Position numbers and translations under genes: made by a program. 64,000 nucleotides of DNA from Patescibacteria group bacterium. GTDB lineage: Bacteria > Patescibacteriota > JAQUNI01. The first letter of the stretch is position 1. Each line of letters starts with the position of its first letter. This document shows positions 11,701 to 22,032 of this stretch, in pieces. The DNA is taken from positions 271,451-335,450 of the forward strand of contig JAQUNI010000001.1 of the NCBI GenBank assembly GCA_028717685.1, in the 5' to 3' direction. Below the pieces are notes generated by a model. It was not told the DNA's origin and ran no database searches. It saw only the letters and a list, made by a program, of their open reading frames with translations.

Positions 11701-11822
11701 TGCCCGTGCGTTACCGCTTCCTTTTGCGCAGGGTTTAGGTTTTGCAAAAAATCTTTACTTTTTGACTCTTTTATTTTATTATCCATATCAGATTGATCAA
11801 ATAAGGGTGTTGTTGTTTTCAT
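8769..11822 (-). CDS. UvrD/PcrA-family helicase fused to a C-terminal PD-(D/E)XK nuclease (AdnAB/AddA-like)
   Basis: AGAGTGKT, DEFQD, TIHKAKGLEF, YVAVTRAK; C-terminal CP...GRIDRVD...VDYKTG...CKYCDFREIC; start trimmed to MKTTT (upstream part is a repeat element). Confidence 0.92.
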   Translation of the reverse strand: MKTTTPLFDQSDMDNKIKESKSKDFLQNLNPAQKEAVTHGQGPLLIVAGAGTGKTTVITRRIAYLIYKGLAKPEEILAVTFTEKAAEEMENRVDELLPYGYVDIWIDTFHGLGQRILKEHALDIGLPNDFKLLNATDQWILIRENLDKFDLDYYKPLGNPTKFIQALVQHFSRLKDELISPAEYLEYAENMKLDQGAALEERDRASGEGERLLEVAKAYKVYQDLLLQNNALDFGDLINYALKLLQSRPSVLALYQNRFKYILVDEFQDTNYAQYELVKLLSRPENNLTVTGDDDQSIYKFRGASVSNILEFKRDYPDSAEVFITNNYRSRQNILDLSYEFIKLNNPERLEVKLGGKVSKKLQSQTGEKGMVEHLHLSDQKREVEKVVKKMVDLIQRNKDLTWNDFAILSRTNEISEIFAHGLKEAGVPYVWAASRGLYKKPIIMDVLAYFNLLDNYHESPSLYRILNLPIFKIKTEDLVELNYWAGRKGTSLYRALLQADLLRISPESKDQTRKILSLIQKHSQIVRDATIHAVFFAFMEDSGYLKYLGGKDDQETRDNIFYLNQFAKKVKNFETETTTRARLQDFIKRINLEQEAGDEGALDMDLEAGPEAVKIMTIHKAKGLEFRYVFIVGMVDKRFPSINRRDPIEIPDSLVKEILPEGDIHLQEERRLFYVAVTRAKEGVFFTSAANYGGARAKKLSRFLIECNIAAKNIETQDSASLSIPREKRVLEDLQIAIPKTIRIPQEALRLPKHFSFSQLAAFQKCPLQYKFQFGIRIPKRGHYQHSFGQAMHKVMYDLFHLLQNQENAMQTDLFGFRNTEKSQVMSLRNKGNKITWEALKKIYENAWIDDWYPDEATQKKYKQQGLKQLKTFYEARQNNWPKVLGVEKAFRLKIDGAVVIGRIDRVDEVDGGVAIVDYKTGEARERLTRDQRAQLLLYQLAAEEVLRLKPQKLTFYFFKNNQEISFLGSDKELTKLKTDISETIQKIKSSSFAPCPNPYVCKYCDFREICEYRKL

Positions 11823-11827
11823 AAAGG

Positions 11828-11971
11828 ATCGTTGGCTCCATAGTCTAAAGCGATAGCGAGGACTGTGGAGCCAGAGCACAAAATAACGTTCAATACCAGG
11901 ATAAAGTATAGAAAAGAAGAAAGGTCTGCATTATGGTCCCATAGGGCTTGCGCCACTATGGAGCCAACGAT
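11828..11971. mobile_element. REPIN/MITE-like element with 17-bp perfect terminal inverted repeats
   Basis: ATCGTTGGCTCCATAGT (11828-11844) and ACTATGGAGCCAACGAT (11955-11971); related copies at 24173-24343 and about 27438-27481. Confidence 0.7.
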
Positions 11972-12036
11972 GATTGACCTTTTACCATAACTGTAATAGA
12001 TAGAAAAGGAATGACGCAAAAAGGAGGTGTGAGACG

Positions 12037-12306
12037 ATGAGAATGGAAATAAGAAAACGCGACTGGTTAGAACTTGCTCTTTTTTTGGCTATTAGCGCTA
12101 CCATTACAATTATTGGGTTTGTGCAAACGAAGAATATAGCTTGGCGCATTCTTTCCCTCCCCGTGGGAATCCTGTTCGGGGTTTGCATTGCCTATTGGGC
12201 GCCTAATTCAGTCATCAAAATTAAGAAGGCAAAGCCTAACAAGAGAATCCGGGGGAGAGTTGCTGAAGCAGTTGCTGAAATACGCCTGCGCCGGCGTCCA
12301 TTATAA
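12037..12306 (+). CDS. Small 2-TM hypothetical protein (stand-alone gene)
   Basis: AGGAGGTG SD, two TM helices, downstream terminator. Confidence 0.7.
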   Translation: MRMEIRKRDWLELALFLAISATITIIGFVQTKNIAWRILSLPVGILFGVCIAYWAPNSVIKIKKAKPNKRIRGRVAEAVAEIRLRRRPL

Positions 12307-12311
12307 TGCAC

Positions 12312-12340
12312 AGTTCAAGCCGCAAGCTTGAACTTTTTTT
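12312..12340 (+). terminator. Rho-independent terminator
   Basis: AGTTCAAGC-CGCAA-GCTTGAACT followed by a T run. Confidence 0.75.
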
Positions 12341-12344
12341 ATTT

Positions 12345-13448
12345 TCATAATTCCTGATTCCTAATTCCTAATTCCTGCTTCTGTTCTTTGGGCGTTTCCA
12401 GCATATCAATGCGATCAATTTTGGTGGAAAGCTTTATATATTCGTTATTGGTAGTGTCCATCATATTCTTGGCGTTATTCACATGGCGGGAAAGGATGGA
12501 AAGATTTTTACCAAATTTATCCGCATCCTGTCTAATGCCTTTTAGCGCGTTTAAAATTTCTTTGGCGGCGTCTTCGATTTTCGCTCCTTCCAAACCGACC
12601 ATCACAACTTTCAAAAAATAATAAAAACTATTCGGGGATACGAGAAACACGCGTTTACTTTGGGCATATTCATTTAAGTTATCGTCGTCCATCACAACAT
12701 CATACCAAAGACTTTCGCTCGGCACGTACATCACGGCAAAATCCACTGTCCCCTCTTGCGGCAGAATATATTTTTTGGCGATGTCATCAATATGTTTTTT
12801 AACATCGCGCAAGAATTCGCGGCGAAAAGAGGTTTTTGTGATTTCATCCGGCGCTTGGGAGGCTTTGCGAAAATTTTCCATCGGGAATTTGGAATCAATC
12901 GGAATAATATTATCTTTATTTTTGACAATCGCGTCCACAGTCTGACCTTCTTTAAATTTATACTGCAGGCTATAACAATTTTTGGGTAACATTTGATCCA
13001 ACAAGTCATGCAAAACCTGCTCGCCAAGATTGCCGCGCAGTTTGGGCGAACGCAAAAAGTCCTGGAAATCTTTCATCTGGTGACCAATCTCCTGCATTCC
13101 GCCAAGAGCCTTGGAAACTGTGCCAATAATTTTGGCGGCATTGTCTAGGCGTTCGTTGATGGATTTATTGGTTTGGGATAGTTGGGTTTGCAAATTGTTA
13201 TTCGTCTGGTTTAAATTTTGGTGCATTTCACGGCGCACTTCGTTAATCATTTCCAGAGTTTTTTGCGTGGATTCGCGCGTGTCGCGGAAAATTCTTTCAT
13301 TATCCGTTTTGGTGTTTTCCATTAAACGTTGCATCATTTCAAGGGCAGGGTCAGAATCTTTAGTTTTGTTTAAATTTTGGAGACGATAAATTAAGTACGC
13401 AATCGCGCCCAAAATAGCAAGACCGATGAGGATTAAAACTATTTCCAT
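12345..13448 (-). CDS. rmuC: DNA recombination protein RmuC
   Basis: N-terminal TM + coiled coil; RGNLGE, PIDSKFP, DFAVMYVPSE, LVSPNS; start trimmed to MEIVL. Confidence 0.92.
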   Translation of the reverse strand: MEIVLILIGLAILGAIAYLIYRLQNLNKTKDSDPALEMMQRLMENTKTDNERIFRDTRESTQKTLEMINEVRREMHQNLNQTNNNLQTQLSQTNKSINERLDNAAKIIGTVSKALGGMQEIGHQMKDFQDFLRSPKLRGNLGEQVLHDLLDQMLPKNCYSLQYKFKEGQTVDAIVKNKDNIIPIDSKFPMENFRKASQAPDEITKTSFRREFLRDVKKHIDDIAKKYILPQEGTVDFAVMYVPSESLWYDVVMDDDNLNEYAQSKRVFLVSPNSFYYFLKVVMVGLEGAKIEDAAKEILNALKGIRQDADKFGKNLSILSRHVNNAKNMMDTTNNEYIKLSTKIDRIDMLETPKEQKQELGIRNQEL

Positions 13449-13455
13449 TTTAACT

Positions 13456-13534
13456 GTCATTCCCGTCCGCCTTAGGCGGAGGAATCCAGGATTAGTGCTT
13501 GTAGACCTGGATCCCCGATCAAGTTGGGGATGAC
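13456..13534. repeat. GTCATTCCCG...GGAATCCAG / CTGGATCCCCG...GGGGATGAC palindromic repeat (dRS3/RPE-like)
   Basis: Paired inverted units; second copy at 50707-50775. Confidence 0.75.
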
Positions 13535-13804
13535 AAATTAAATTATTGAACTAAGTTTATTATATCAATAAAAGGAGGATAAAAAAAGGATTAAAAAAAA
13601 GACCAAAAATGGTCTTTAGATGCCGAGAATATTGTGAGCTATGAAATTGGCTACACGTTCGGCATTTTTTCCGTCAACGATTTTTGAATTGAAGCATGAA
13701 AAGTTAATTTGGTCAAATTTAAGGGGAAAAAATTTATAACCCCTCCAACCTCCCCTTGTCAGGGGGAAATTATTTTCAAAACCACTCTTTTAGAAAGGGA
13801 GGTT

Positions 13805-14473
13805 TTAGGGCACAATAATTACAAACTCCCCTTTCCCCTTCTTGCCTGTAAAATACTTTTTTGCTTCTTCTATATTGCCTTGAAAAATATCTTCAAACAT
13901 TTTTGTCAGCTCGCTCGCGACAATAACTTCTTTTTCCAGACTAAAAACTACAGCCAGATTCTCTAAAGCCTTTTGGAGACGGTATCGGGATTCATAAAAA
14001 ACAATGGGGCGGGTTTTTATTTCCGCCAGTTGCGCAAAAAAAGTTTGGCGACCTTTTTTGTGCGGCGGGTAGCCCAAAAAAGTAAATCTATTTGTCGGAA
14101 TGCCGGCTACAGATAAAGCCGCGATTAAGGCTGAAGGTCCGGGAATGGGAATGATTTTGGTTTCAGGTAAATTTTGACGAATAAATTGAATGAGTTTCCC
14201 CGCAGGATCCGCAATAGCAGGCGTGCCCGCATCCGTGACCAAAGCGATGTTTTGACCTTGTGCCAGCGCATTTTTAATCCCCAGATAAGTTTTTTCCCCT
14301 GAATGCTCGTGATAACTTTTTAAAGGTTTCTGAATCTCATAGCGGGCAAGCAATTTGCTCGTCACGCGCGTATCTTCGGCTAAAATTAAATCCGCGCTTT
14401 TTAAAATTTCTAAAGCGCGAAGAGTAATGTCTTTTAAGTTTCCGATGGGGGTGGCGACAATATACAAGGTCAT
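13805..14473 (-). CDS. rsmI: 16S rRNA (C1402-2'-O)-methyltransferase
   Basis: LYIVATPIGNLKDIT, AEDTR, DAGTPAIADP, ELTKMFE, KGEFVI. Confidence 0.96.
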   Translation of the reverse strand: MTLYIVATPIGNLKDITLRALEILKSADLILAEDTRVTSKLLARYEIQKPLKSYHEHSGEKTYLGIKNALAQGQNIALVTDAGTPAIADPAGKLIQFIRQNLPETKIIPIPGPSALIAALSVAGIPTNRFTFLGYPPHKKGRQTFFAQLAEIKTRPIVFYESRYRLQKALENLAVVFSLEKEVIVASELTKMFEDIFQGNIEEAKKYFTGKKGKGEFVIIVP

Positions 14474-14609
14474 AATTTTCAATTTTCAATTTCTAATTTC
14501 TATTAAATTTTCAATGGATTAATTTTTAATGAAAGAATAAGGTTGTTTTATCATTTGAAAATTGAGTCATTAAAATTCATTGAAAATTGAAAATTAGTAA
14601 ATTGTGAAT

Positions 14610-15701
14610 TTATTTTATTGTTTCCCTTAATAAATCAATCACCATACTATACATCCTCAAATTATGGATTGTGGCTAAGCGGTAAGCGGCGGTGTCTTCG
14701 ATTTTGAATAAATGATGCAAATAGGCGCGGGAATAATGCTGGCAGGTGTGGCAATCGCAAAACTCACTTATGGGACGTTTATCCCGCACGTATTTTTCTT
14801 CGCCAATGCGGAAATAATCGTAAATTTTTTCTTCTTTTTGAAAATCAATCTCTTTGGGGTCTTTTTTAAAAACATAAAGCCGCTTGTGCCTGCCGTCGCG
14901 AGTCGGCAAAACGCAGTCAAAAATGTGGTAGCCCATTTTGAAGCCTTCTACGATTTCCTGCGGTTTGCCAATCCCGAGAGCGAATTTAGGAAAATGTTCG
15001 GGAATTAAAGAGGCTGTATAGCGGACAATATCAAAATTAAATTTCCCATCTTCACCCATGGGCCAGCCACCAAAAGCATAAGCGGAAAAATCTAACGCTA
15101 ATAAGCCCTTCGCGCATTCCTCGCGCAAATCTTTGTGCTCCCCGCCTTGAACCACGGCAAAAAGCAAAGGGGCATTTTCTTGGCTGATTTTACGGCTCGC
15201 AAGTTGGCGTTCATATTCTGCCTTGCACCTCCCTGCCCAGGCAATCGTTCGTTGCACGCTTCCCGCGATTTCTTCTTTGGACGCGCTTCCTTTCGGGCAA
15301 TCATCCAAACAAATCATAATATCCGAGCCGATATTAAATTGGATGGCAATGGATTTTTCAGGAGTCAATTTATATTTTTTGTTCTGCCGCTTGAAAACTA
15401 CGCCCTCGTCCCGCACTTCGCCAAGGGACTTGTTCATATAAATCATAGACAAAATCTGGAAACCGCCGGAATCAGAAGCAAGTAATCCCTGCCAACCCAT
15501 AAAATTCTTTAAGCCGCCAAATTTCTTTAATACGCTCATCCCTGGATTGTGCATCAAATGATACGCGTTCACCATTACAGCTTCAATGCCCACGCGCTTC
15601 ACATCCTCCATATCCGTACTGCGCACTACTGCCCGCGTGGCATCAGGAAGATAAAGCGGCAATTTAAAGTCGCGCCCTTTAATTTTTAATTGATTTAACA
15701 T
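14610..15701 (-). CDS. tgt: tRNA-guanine transglycosylase
   Basis: NAYHL, DSGGFQ, VVQGG, DCVLPTR, zinc motif CDCHTC...H. Confidence 0.93.
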   Translation of the reverse strand: MLNQLKIKGRDFKLPLYLPDATRAVVRSTDMEDVKRVGIEAVMVNAYHLMHNPGMSVLKKFGGLKNFMGWQGLLASDSGGFQILSMIYMNKSLGEVRDEGVVFKRQNKKYKLTPEKSIAIQFNIGSDIMICLDDCPKGSASKEEIAGSVQRTIAWAGRCKAEYERQLASRKISQENAPLLFAVVQGGEHKDLREECAKGLLALDFSAYAFGGWPMGEDGKFNFDIVRYTASLIPEHFPKFALGIGKPQEIVEGFKMGYHIFDCVLPTRDGRHKRLYVFKKDPKEIDFQKEEKIYDYFRIGEEKYVRDKRPISEFCDCHTCQHYSRAYLHHLFKIEDTAAYRLATIHNLRMYSMVIDLLRETIK

Positions 15702-15847
15702 ATTTTTATCTTACCGTTTATTCCGCGCCAGGTCAAAAAGCCGACAAAAAACGGCTTACAAAAAGCCATTTTTTGAGTGGACTGTGTCACGCCGAAGGCG
15801 ATGTAATTATAGGTTATACCTGTCCGAATTCTCCAATCCATTATATC

Positions 15848-16732
15848 CTATTTCACAACATACGTCCCATCCAATAGGTCACCGATGCCTTTACGCTCAT
15901 TGACACGAGCCTTTTGCACCAGAGAGTCATACTTTATCAGTCTGGCATATTCTTGTTTCCCTTTCTTGCCGGATGCCGCCAATACATCCTCCACAATAAT
16001 CGGTTCCACCTCTACTGGAAGATCTTTAATATACTCCGCGTAAATTTTTCGTATTTTCTCTAAAGCTTGATGATCTCCATTGTCCTTATCTTCCAGAGTG
16101 TTATGGAGAATGTCTTTTATATTTTTCTTATCCTCTTCTGTTATGATATTAATGAGATTCGCGCCATCGTGTTCTATGCTGTATAAAGCATGCACGAACA
16201 TAATCCACGCGCGAGTCATATGAAACTCATTTGTGAGAATATGTATTTTTTCCAATTTACCAACTATTTCTCTATGCTCATTAACCCATGAAGCGAGGGC
16301 TTTTGCGTTTCCTTGCGTAGACCCACCCGATGGGAGCGCTGTTACGATGTTTTCCGAAAAATGATACTTTTTCAACAATTTCTCGCGAGCAGCATCCGCA
16401 CGAGATATTTCTTTTGCGGAACCATCCTCTCTTTTTATCTTTTCGGTTCCGCCTGTAGTGAAGATATGTATATTTGGATACTTCTCCTGATATTCCTGCA
16501 ACGCCCGCAAACGAGAGTCGCCGCCGCTAACTTCTTTCGGTTTTCCATCGCGTCCAATGGGCATATCCTTCTTGATTGTGTCAAGATGAAGCGGAAAATG
16601 CTCAAATTGCGCATTAGGGGTCTCACGGAGACTTGCTCCAAGCATAACCACTATCTCCATCTTCTGTTTTTCTTGCTCTCGCTTTTCAACCGCGTTTTGT
16701 GGTATCTCACTAGCTTCAGAAGAGTTTTTCAT
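15848..16732 (-). CDS. YdcF/DUF218-like protein
   Basis: VVMLGA, FTTGG, STQGNA, LTNEFHMTRA motifs. Confidence 0.7.
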   Translation of the reverse strand: MKNSSEASEIPQNAVEKREQEKQKMEIVVMLGASLRETPNAQFEHFPLHLDTIKKDMPIGRDGKPKEVSGGDSRLRALQEYQEKYPNIHIFTTGGTEKIKREDGSAKEISRADAAREKLLKKYHFSENIVTALPSGGSTQGNAKALASWVNEHREIVGKLEKIHILTNEFHMTRAWIMFVHALYSIEHDGANLINIITEEDKKNIKDILHNTLEDKDNGDHQALEKIRKIYAEYIKDLPVEVEPIIVEDVLAASGKKGKQEYARLIKYDSLVQKARVNERKGIGDLLDGTYVVK

Positions 16733-16763
16733 AAAATTCAGCTTGAATAAGAATCTGATATTT

Positions 16764-16779
16764 TGGCGGTCGCGACGGG
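16764..16779 (-). repeat. Direct repeat of the tRNA-Asp 3' end (att-like)
   Basis: TGGCGGTCGCGACGGG identical at 16764-16779 and 16869-16884. Confidence 0.8.
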
Positions 16780-16868
16780 TACCCTACGCCTGCGGCTTCG
16801 GAATACCTGCTTCACCCTCAAGACTACGTCTACTTGGTAAAGCCATTCCAAAGCTCGCGAGCGAAGGA

Positions 16869-16944
16869 TGGCGGTCGCGACGGGAGTCGAACCCGCGATT
16901 TCCTCCGTGACAGGGAGGCGTGTTAACCACTACACTACACGACC
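16869..16944 (-). tRNA. tRNA-Asp(GTC)
   Basis: GGTCGTG...CCTCC-CTGTCAC-GGAGG...GGTTCGACTCC...CGCGACC-G-CCA. Confidence 0.96.
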
Positions 16945-16998
16945 ATATCGCATTTTATTAAGATGAAAATATTGAAAAATATTGAGAGGGAATAAATT

Positions 16999-17068
16999 TG
17001 GGGCAGGGCGGGCATGTAATCTTCTGCGTGACAGGCAGACGTATTTCCAACCGAGCTTGGGCTACCGC
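16999..17068 (-). pseudogene. Degenerate tRNA-Asp-like sequence (intact anticodon arm, no T arm)
   Basis: Minus strand TCTGC-CTGTCAC-GCAGA anticodon arm, ends CCCCA, no TTC loop. Confidence 0.55.
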
Positions 17069-17093
17069 TTCAAAAATAGAATTTGAAAATTTG

Positions 17094-17166
17094 TAGCGGT
17101 GGAGGGATTTGAACCCCCGACACGTTGGTTATGATCCAACTGCTCTAACCACTGAGCTACACCGCC
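17094..17166 (-). tRNA. tRNA-Met(CAT) elongator (Ile2 not excluded)
   Basis: GGCGGTG acceptor, GTTGG-ATCATAA-CCAAC anticodon arm, GGTTCAAATCC T loop. Confidence 0.9.
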
Positions 17167-17318
17167 CCAATTTCATTGTTCTATTGTTTAATTGTTCTAT
17201 TGTTAATTAAGACAAATACAACAATAATGAAGCAACGAAATAATAATAACAAAAAATTTAGAAAAATCTTCCTAAATTACTCAAAGCAATTCTGTATTGC
17301 CAACTAACATTTACCTTG

Positions 17319-17390
17319 TTGCGGGAGGGGGATTCGAACCCCCGACCTCGAGGTTATGGGCCTCGCGAGCTACCACTGCTCTATCCCGCG
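17319..17390 (-). tRNA. Initiator tRNA-fMet(CAT)
   Basis: CGCGGGA 5' end with C1:A72 mismatch; CGAGG-CCCATAA-CCTCG anticodon arm. Confidence 0.92.
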
Positions 17391-17579
17391 ATAATTCAAC
17401 ATCTTATTTTAAACAAAGCATTACTTACAAATATAACATAGATTAACAAAAAAGAAAAGTCCCCATCGGAATTTTAAATTTTAATTTCTAAATTTTAAAT
17501 CAATTTTAAAATCCTAATTTTAAAATAAATAAAAAGAGAGGAAATTTTAAAATTAAAAAATTTAGAATTTAAAATTAGT

Positions 17580-19037
17580 TTAAATATTCGGTTTCTTTTT
17601 ATGCCAATCTGTCGCCTGCTCATACTGATAGGCTACCTGCAAAACCTGCTCCTCACCCCACCACGGACCGATAATCTGCAAACCCACGGGCAAATTATGA
17701 GAAAAGCCGCAAGGAATGGAAATCGCCGGCACGCCTGCGATATTCACAGGCACAGTGAACACATCAGACAAATACATAGAAAGCGGGTCTGACGCTTTTT
17801 CGCCAATCTTGAAAGCAGGGGTCGGAGAAACGGGAGTAACCAGCGCGTCCACTTTGCGAAACACCTGCTTAAAATCATTGATAACCAGCGTCCGCACCTG
17901 CTGCGCTTTTTTGTAATAAGCGTCATAATAGCCCGCGGACAAAACATAAGCGCCGAGCATAATCCGGCGGCGCACTTCAGATCCAAAACTCTCGGCACGC
18001 GAATTGAAATAATGCTCCTCCAGATTTTTCGCCTCTTTAGCGGCGTAGCCATAACGAATACCATCAAAACGCGCTAAATTCGCCGAAACCTCCGCAGGCA
18101 TTAAAATATAGTAAACCGCCAAGGCGTACTTAGTATGGGGCAAGCTTACTTTCCTCACTTTCGCCCCCAGCTCTTTGAGTTGTTCTACCGCGTTATTTAT
18201 TTGTTCCGCCACTCCCTCTTCCATACCTTCCCCCGCATATTCTTGCGGCACGCCGATTTTCAAATTATGAAGACCGCGAGTCAATGTTTCCGTGTAATCC
18301 GGCATAGCATTAGTGCCGCTTGTTGAATCGCGAGAATCATGGCCGGAAATTATATTTAAAACATAAGCGCAATCTTCCACGGTTTTCGCAAACGGTCCAA
18401 TCTGGTCTAAAGAAGAAGCCATAGCATGCAAACCATATCTGGAGACCCGACCATAAGTCGGTTTTAAGCCCACCACCCCGCACAAAGCCGCAGGCTGGCG
18501 GACAGAACCACCGGTATCCGAACCTAAAGCATAAATACATTCATCTGAAGCCACCGCGGCTGCAGAACCGCCGGAAGATCCACCCGGGACGCACCCCAAA
18601 TTCCACGGATTATGCGTTATCTGAAAAGCGGAATTTTCCGTGGAAGAACCCATCGCGAATTCATCCATATTGGTTTTGCCGAGCATGATTGCCCCTGCTT
18701 TTTTTAATTTTTGAACCACAGTGGCATCATAAGGCGGAACATAATTTTGGAGCGTCCGCGAAGCCGAACTCGTAATAACGCCTTTTGCACTAAGGTTATC
18801 TTTAAGAGCCACGGGAATCCCTTCCAAGGGACCAAGTTTCTTACCCCTTCTAATTTTCTCATCTACTTTTTCCGCGGCAGCGAGCGCTTGCTCTCCAGTC
18901 ACTCTTAAAAAAGCATTGATTTGCGGGTCTACTTGTTCAATGCGCCGCAAACAAACCTGGCTTAACTCTGTCGCAAAAATATCTCCGCTCTGGAGTTTGT
19001 CGTGCGCTTCTTGAATTGTGAGCTCGTTGAGATTCAT
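17580..19037 (-). CDS. gatA: Asp/Glu-tRNA amidotransferase subunit A
   Basis: GKTNMDEFAMGSS, PGGSSGGSAAAV, DTGGSVRQPA. Confidence 0.98.
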   Translation of the reverse strand: MNLNELTIQEAHDKLQSGDIFATELSQVCLRRIEQVDPQINAFLRVTGEQALAAAEKVDEKIRRGKKLGPLEGIPVALKDNLSAKGVITSSASRTLQNYVPPYDATVVQKLKKAGAIMLGKTNMDEFAMGSSTENSAFQITHNPWNLGCVPGGSSGGSAAAVASDECIYALGSDTGGSVRQPAALCGVVGLKPTYGRVSRYGLHAMASSLDQIGPFAKTVEDCAYVLNIISGHDSRDSTSGTNAMPDYTETLTRGLHNLKIGVPQEYAGEGMEEGVAEQINNAVEQLKELGAKVRKVSLPHTKYALAVYYILMPAEVSANLARFDGIRYGYAAKEAKNLEEHYFNSRAESFGSEVRRRIMLGAYVLSAGYYDAYYKKAQQVRTLVINDFKQVFRKVDALVTPVSPTPAFKIGEKASDPLSMYLSDVFTVPVNIAGVPAISIPCGFSHNLPVGLQIIGPWWGEEQVLQVAYQYEQATDWHKKKPNI

Positions 19038-19117
19038 TTATTTTAGTTCCTCCCCTGATAAGGGGAGGGTAGAAGGGATTATTAACCCCCTTTAATTCCC
19101 CCTTGTCAGGGGGAAAA

Positions 19118-19402
19118 TTAGAGGATTGGCTTTGTCTTCACACATCCCCCCTGATGCTCTGGTGCCATCTCTATAAGCTCTTTTTCCTGACCGAATTTCT
19201 CTACTTCGTCTTTGCGCATCACATTGGCAAAACCAGTCACTTGGCTTGTCGGTTCCACATTTTCCGTATCTACCTTATTGAGTTCATTTACATAATTAAG
19301 AATGGAAGATAATTCGCTCGCGAATTTTTCTTTCTCTTCAGGAGATATCCCAAGCCGCGCTAAATGGGCAATATGTTCTGTTTGTTGTTTAGTTAATTTC
19401 AT
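19118..19402 (-). CDS. gatC: Asp/Glu-tRNA amidotransferase subunit C
   Basis: HIAHLARL...LNKVDTENVEPT; adjacent to gatA. Confidence 0.96.
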   Translation of the reverse strand: MKLTKQQTEHIAHLARLGISPEEKEKFASELSSILNYVNELNKVDTENVEPTSQVTGFANVMRKDEVEKFGQEKELIEMAPEHQGGCVKTKPIL

Positions 19403-19478
19403 AAGTGTTTTAAAACTAAATTCATTCTAACATAATAAAATAACTATTGATAGAAATCTGTTTGTACCCATGGGTTTT

Positions 19479-21521
<2,043 letters not shown>

Positions 21522-21561
21522 TTAAAGTGAAAAATTTAAAATTGCAATTTAAAATTCAAAA

Positions 21562-21933
21562 TTACTTTCTACCTTTTAGCCTAAGCATAGAAGCACCTAA
21601 AATTTTGGAGAGTTCAATTGCCTCTCGCAATAAAGGGTCAACCAATTCTAGCTTGATCATCTTACTATCTCTAACTAAGCACAGCCAATACTTTGTTTCA
21701 TTAGCAGATTTTAAACTATGATTCATAAAATTTTTAAAATCGTTTTTAGAAGATGCCGCCTGGGCCTCAATAATATTGGCTCCTATAGAGGTTGCTGATC
21801 TTAGAAGCTGGTGATTAATAATTTTACAAACCCCGGAAGAAGATGTGCCATTAATTAGCTTTATAATATTGAGGGAGAATTTATAAGCTCTTAACTTCAG
21901 ATCATTTTTAAATTTTGAATTGCAATTTTGCAT
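21562..21933 (-). CDS. Four helix bundle protein (23S rRNA IVP / TIGR02436-like)
   Basis: QLLRSATSIGANIIEA...SANETKYWL signature; flanked by AT-rich heptamer repeats. Confidence 0.93.
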   Translation of the reverse strand: MQNCNSKFKNDLKLRAYKFSLNIIKLINGTSSSGVCKIINHQLLRSATSIGANIIEAQAASSKNDFKNFMNHSLKSANETKYWLCLVRDSKMIKLELVDPLLREAIELSKILGASMLRLKGRK

Positions 21934-22032
21934 TTGTAATTTTGAATTTTACATTATTATCATTATACAAAAAAACCCGCTCTTTTGAAAGGAGCGAGTT
22001 TTGGCTTTTTAAATTTTAAGTTTCAAAAAATA

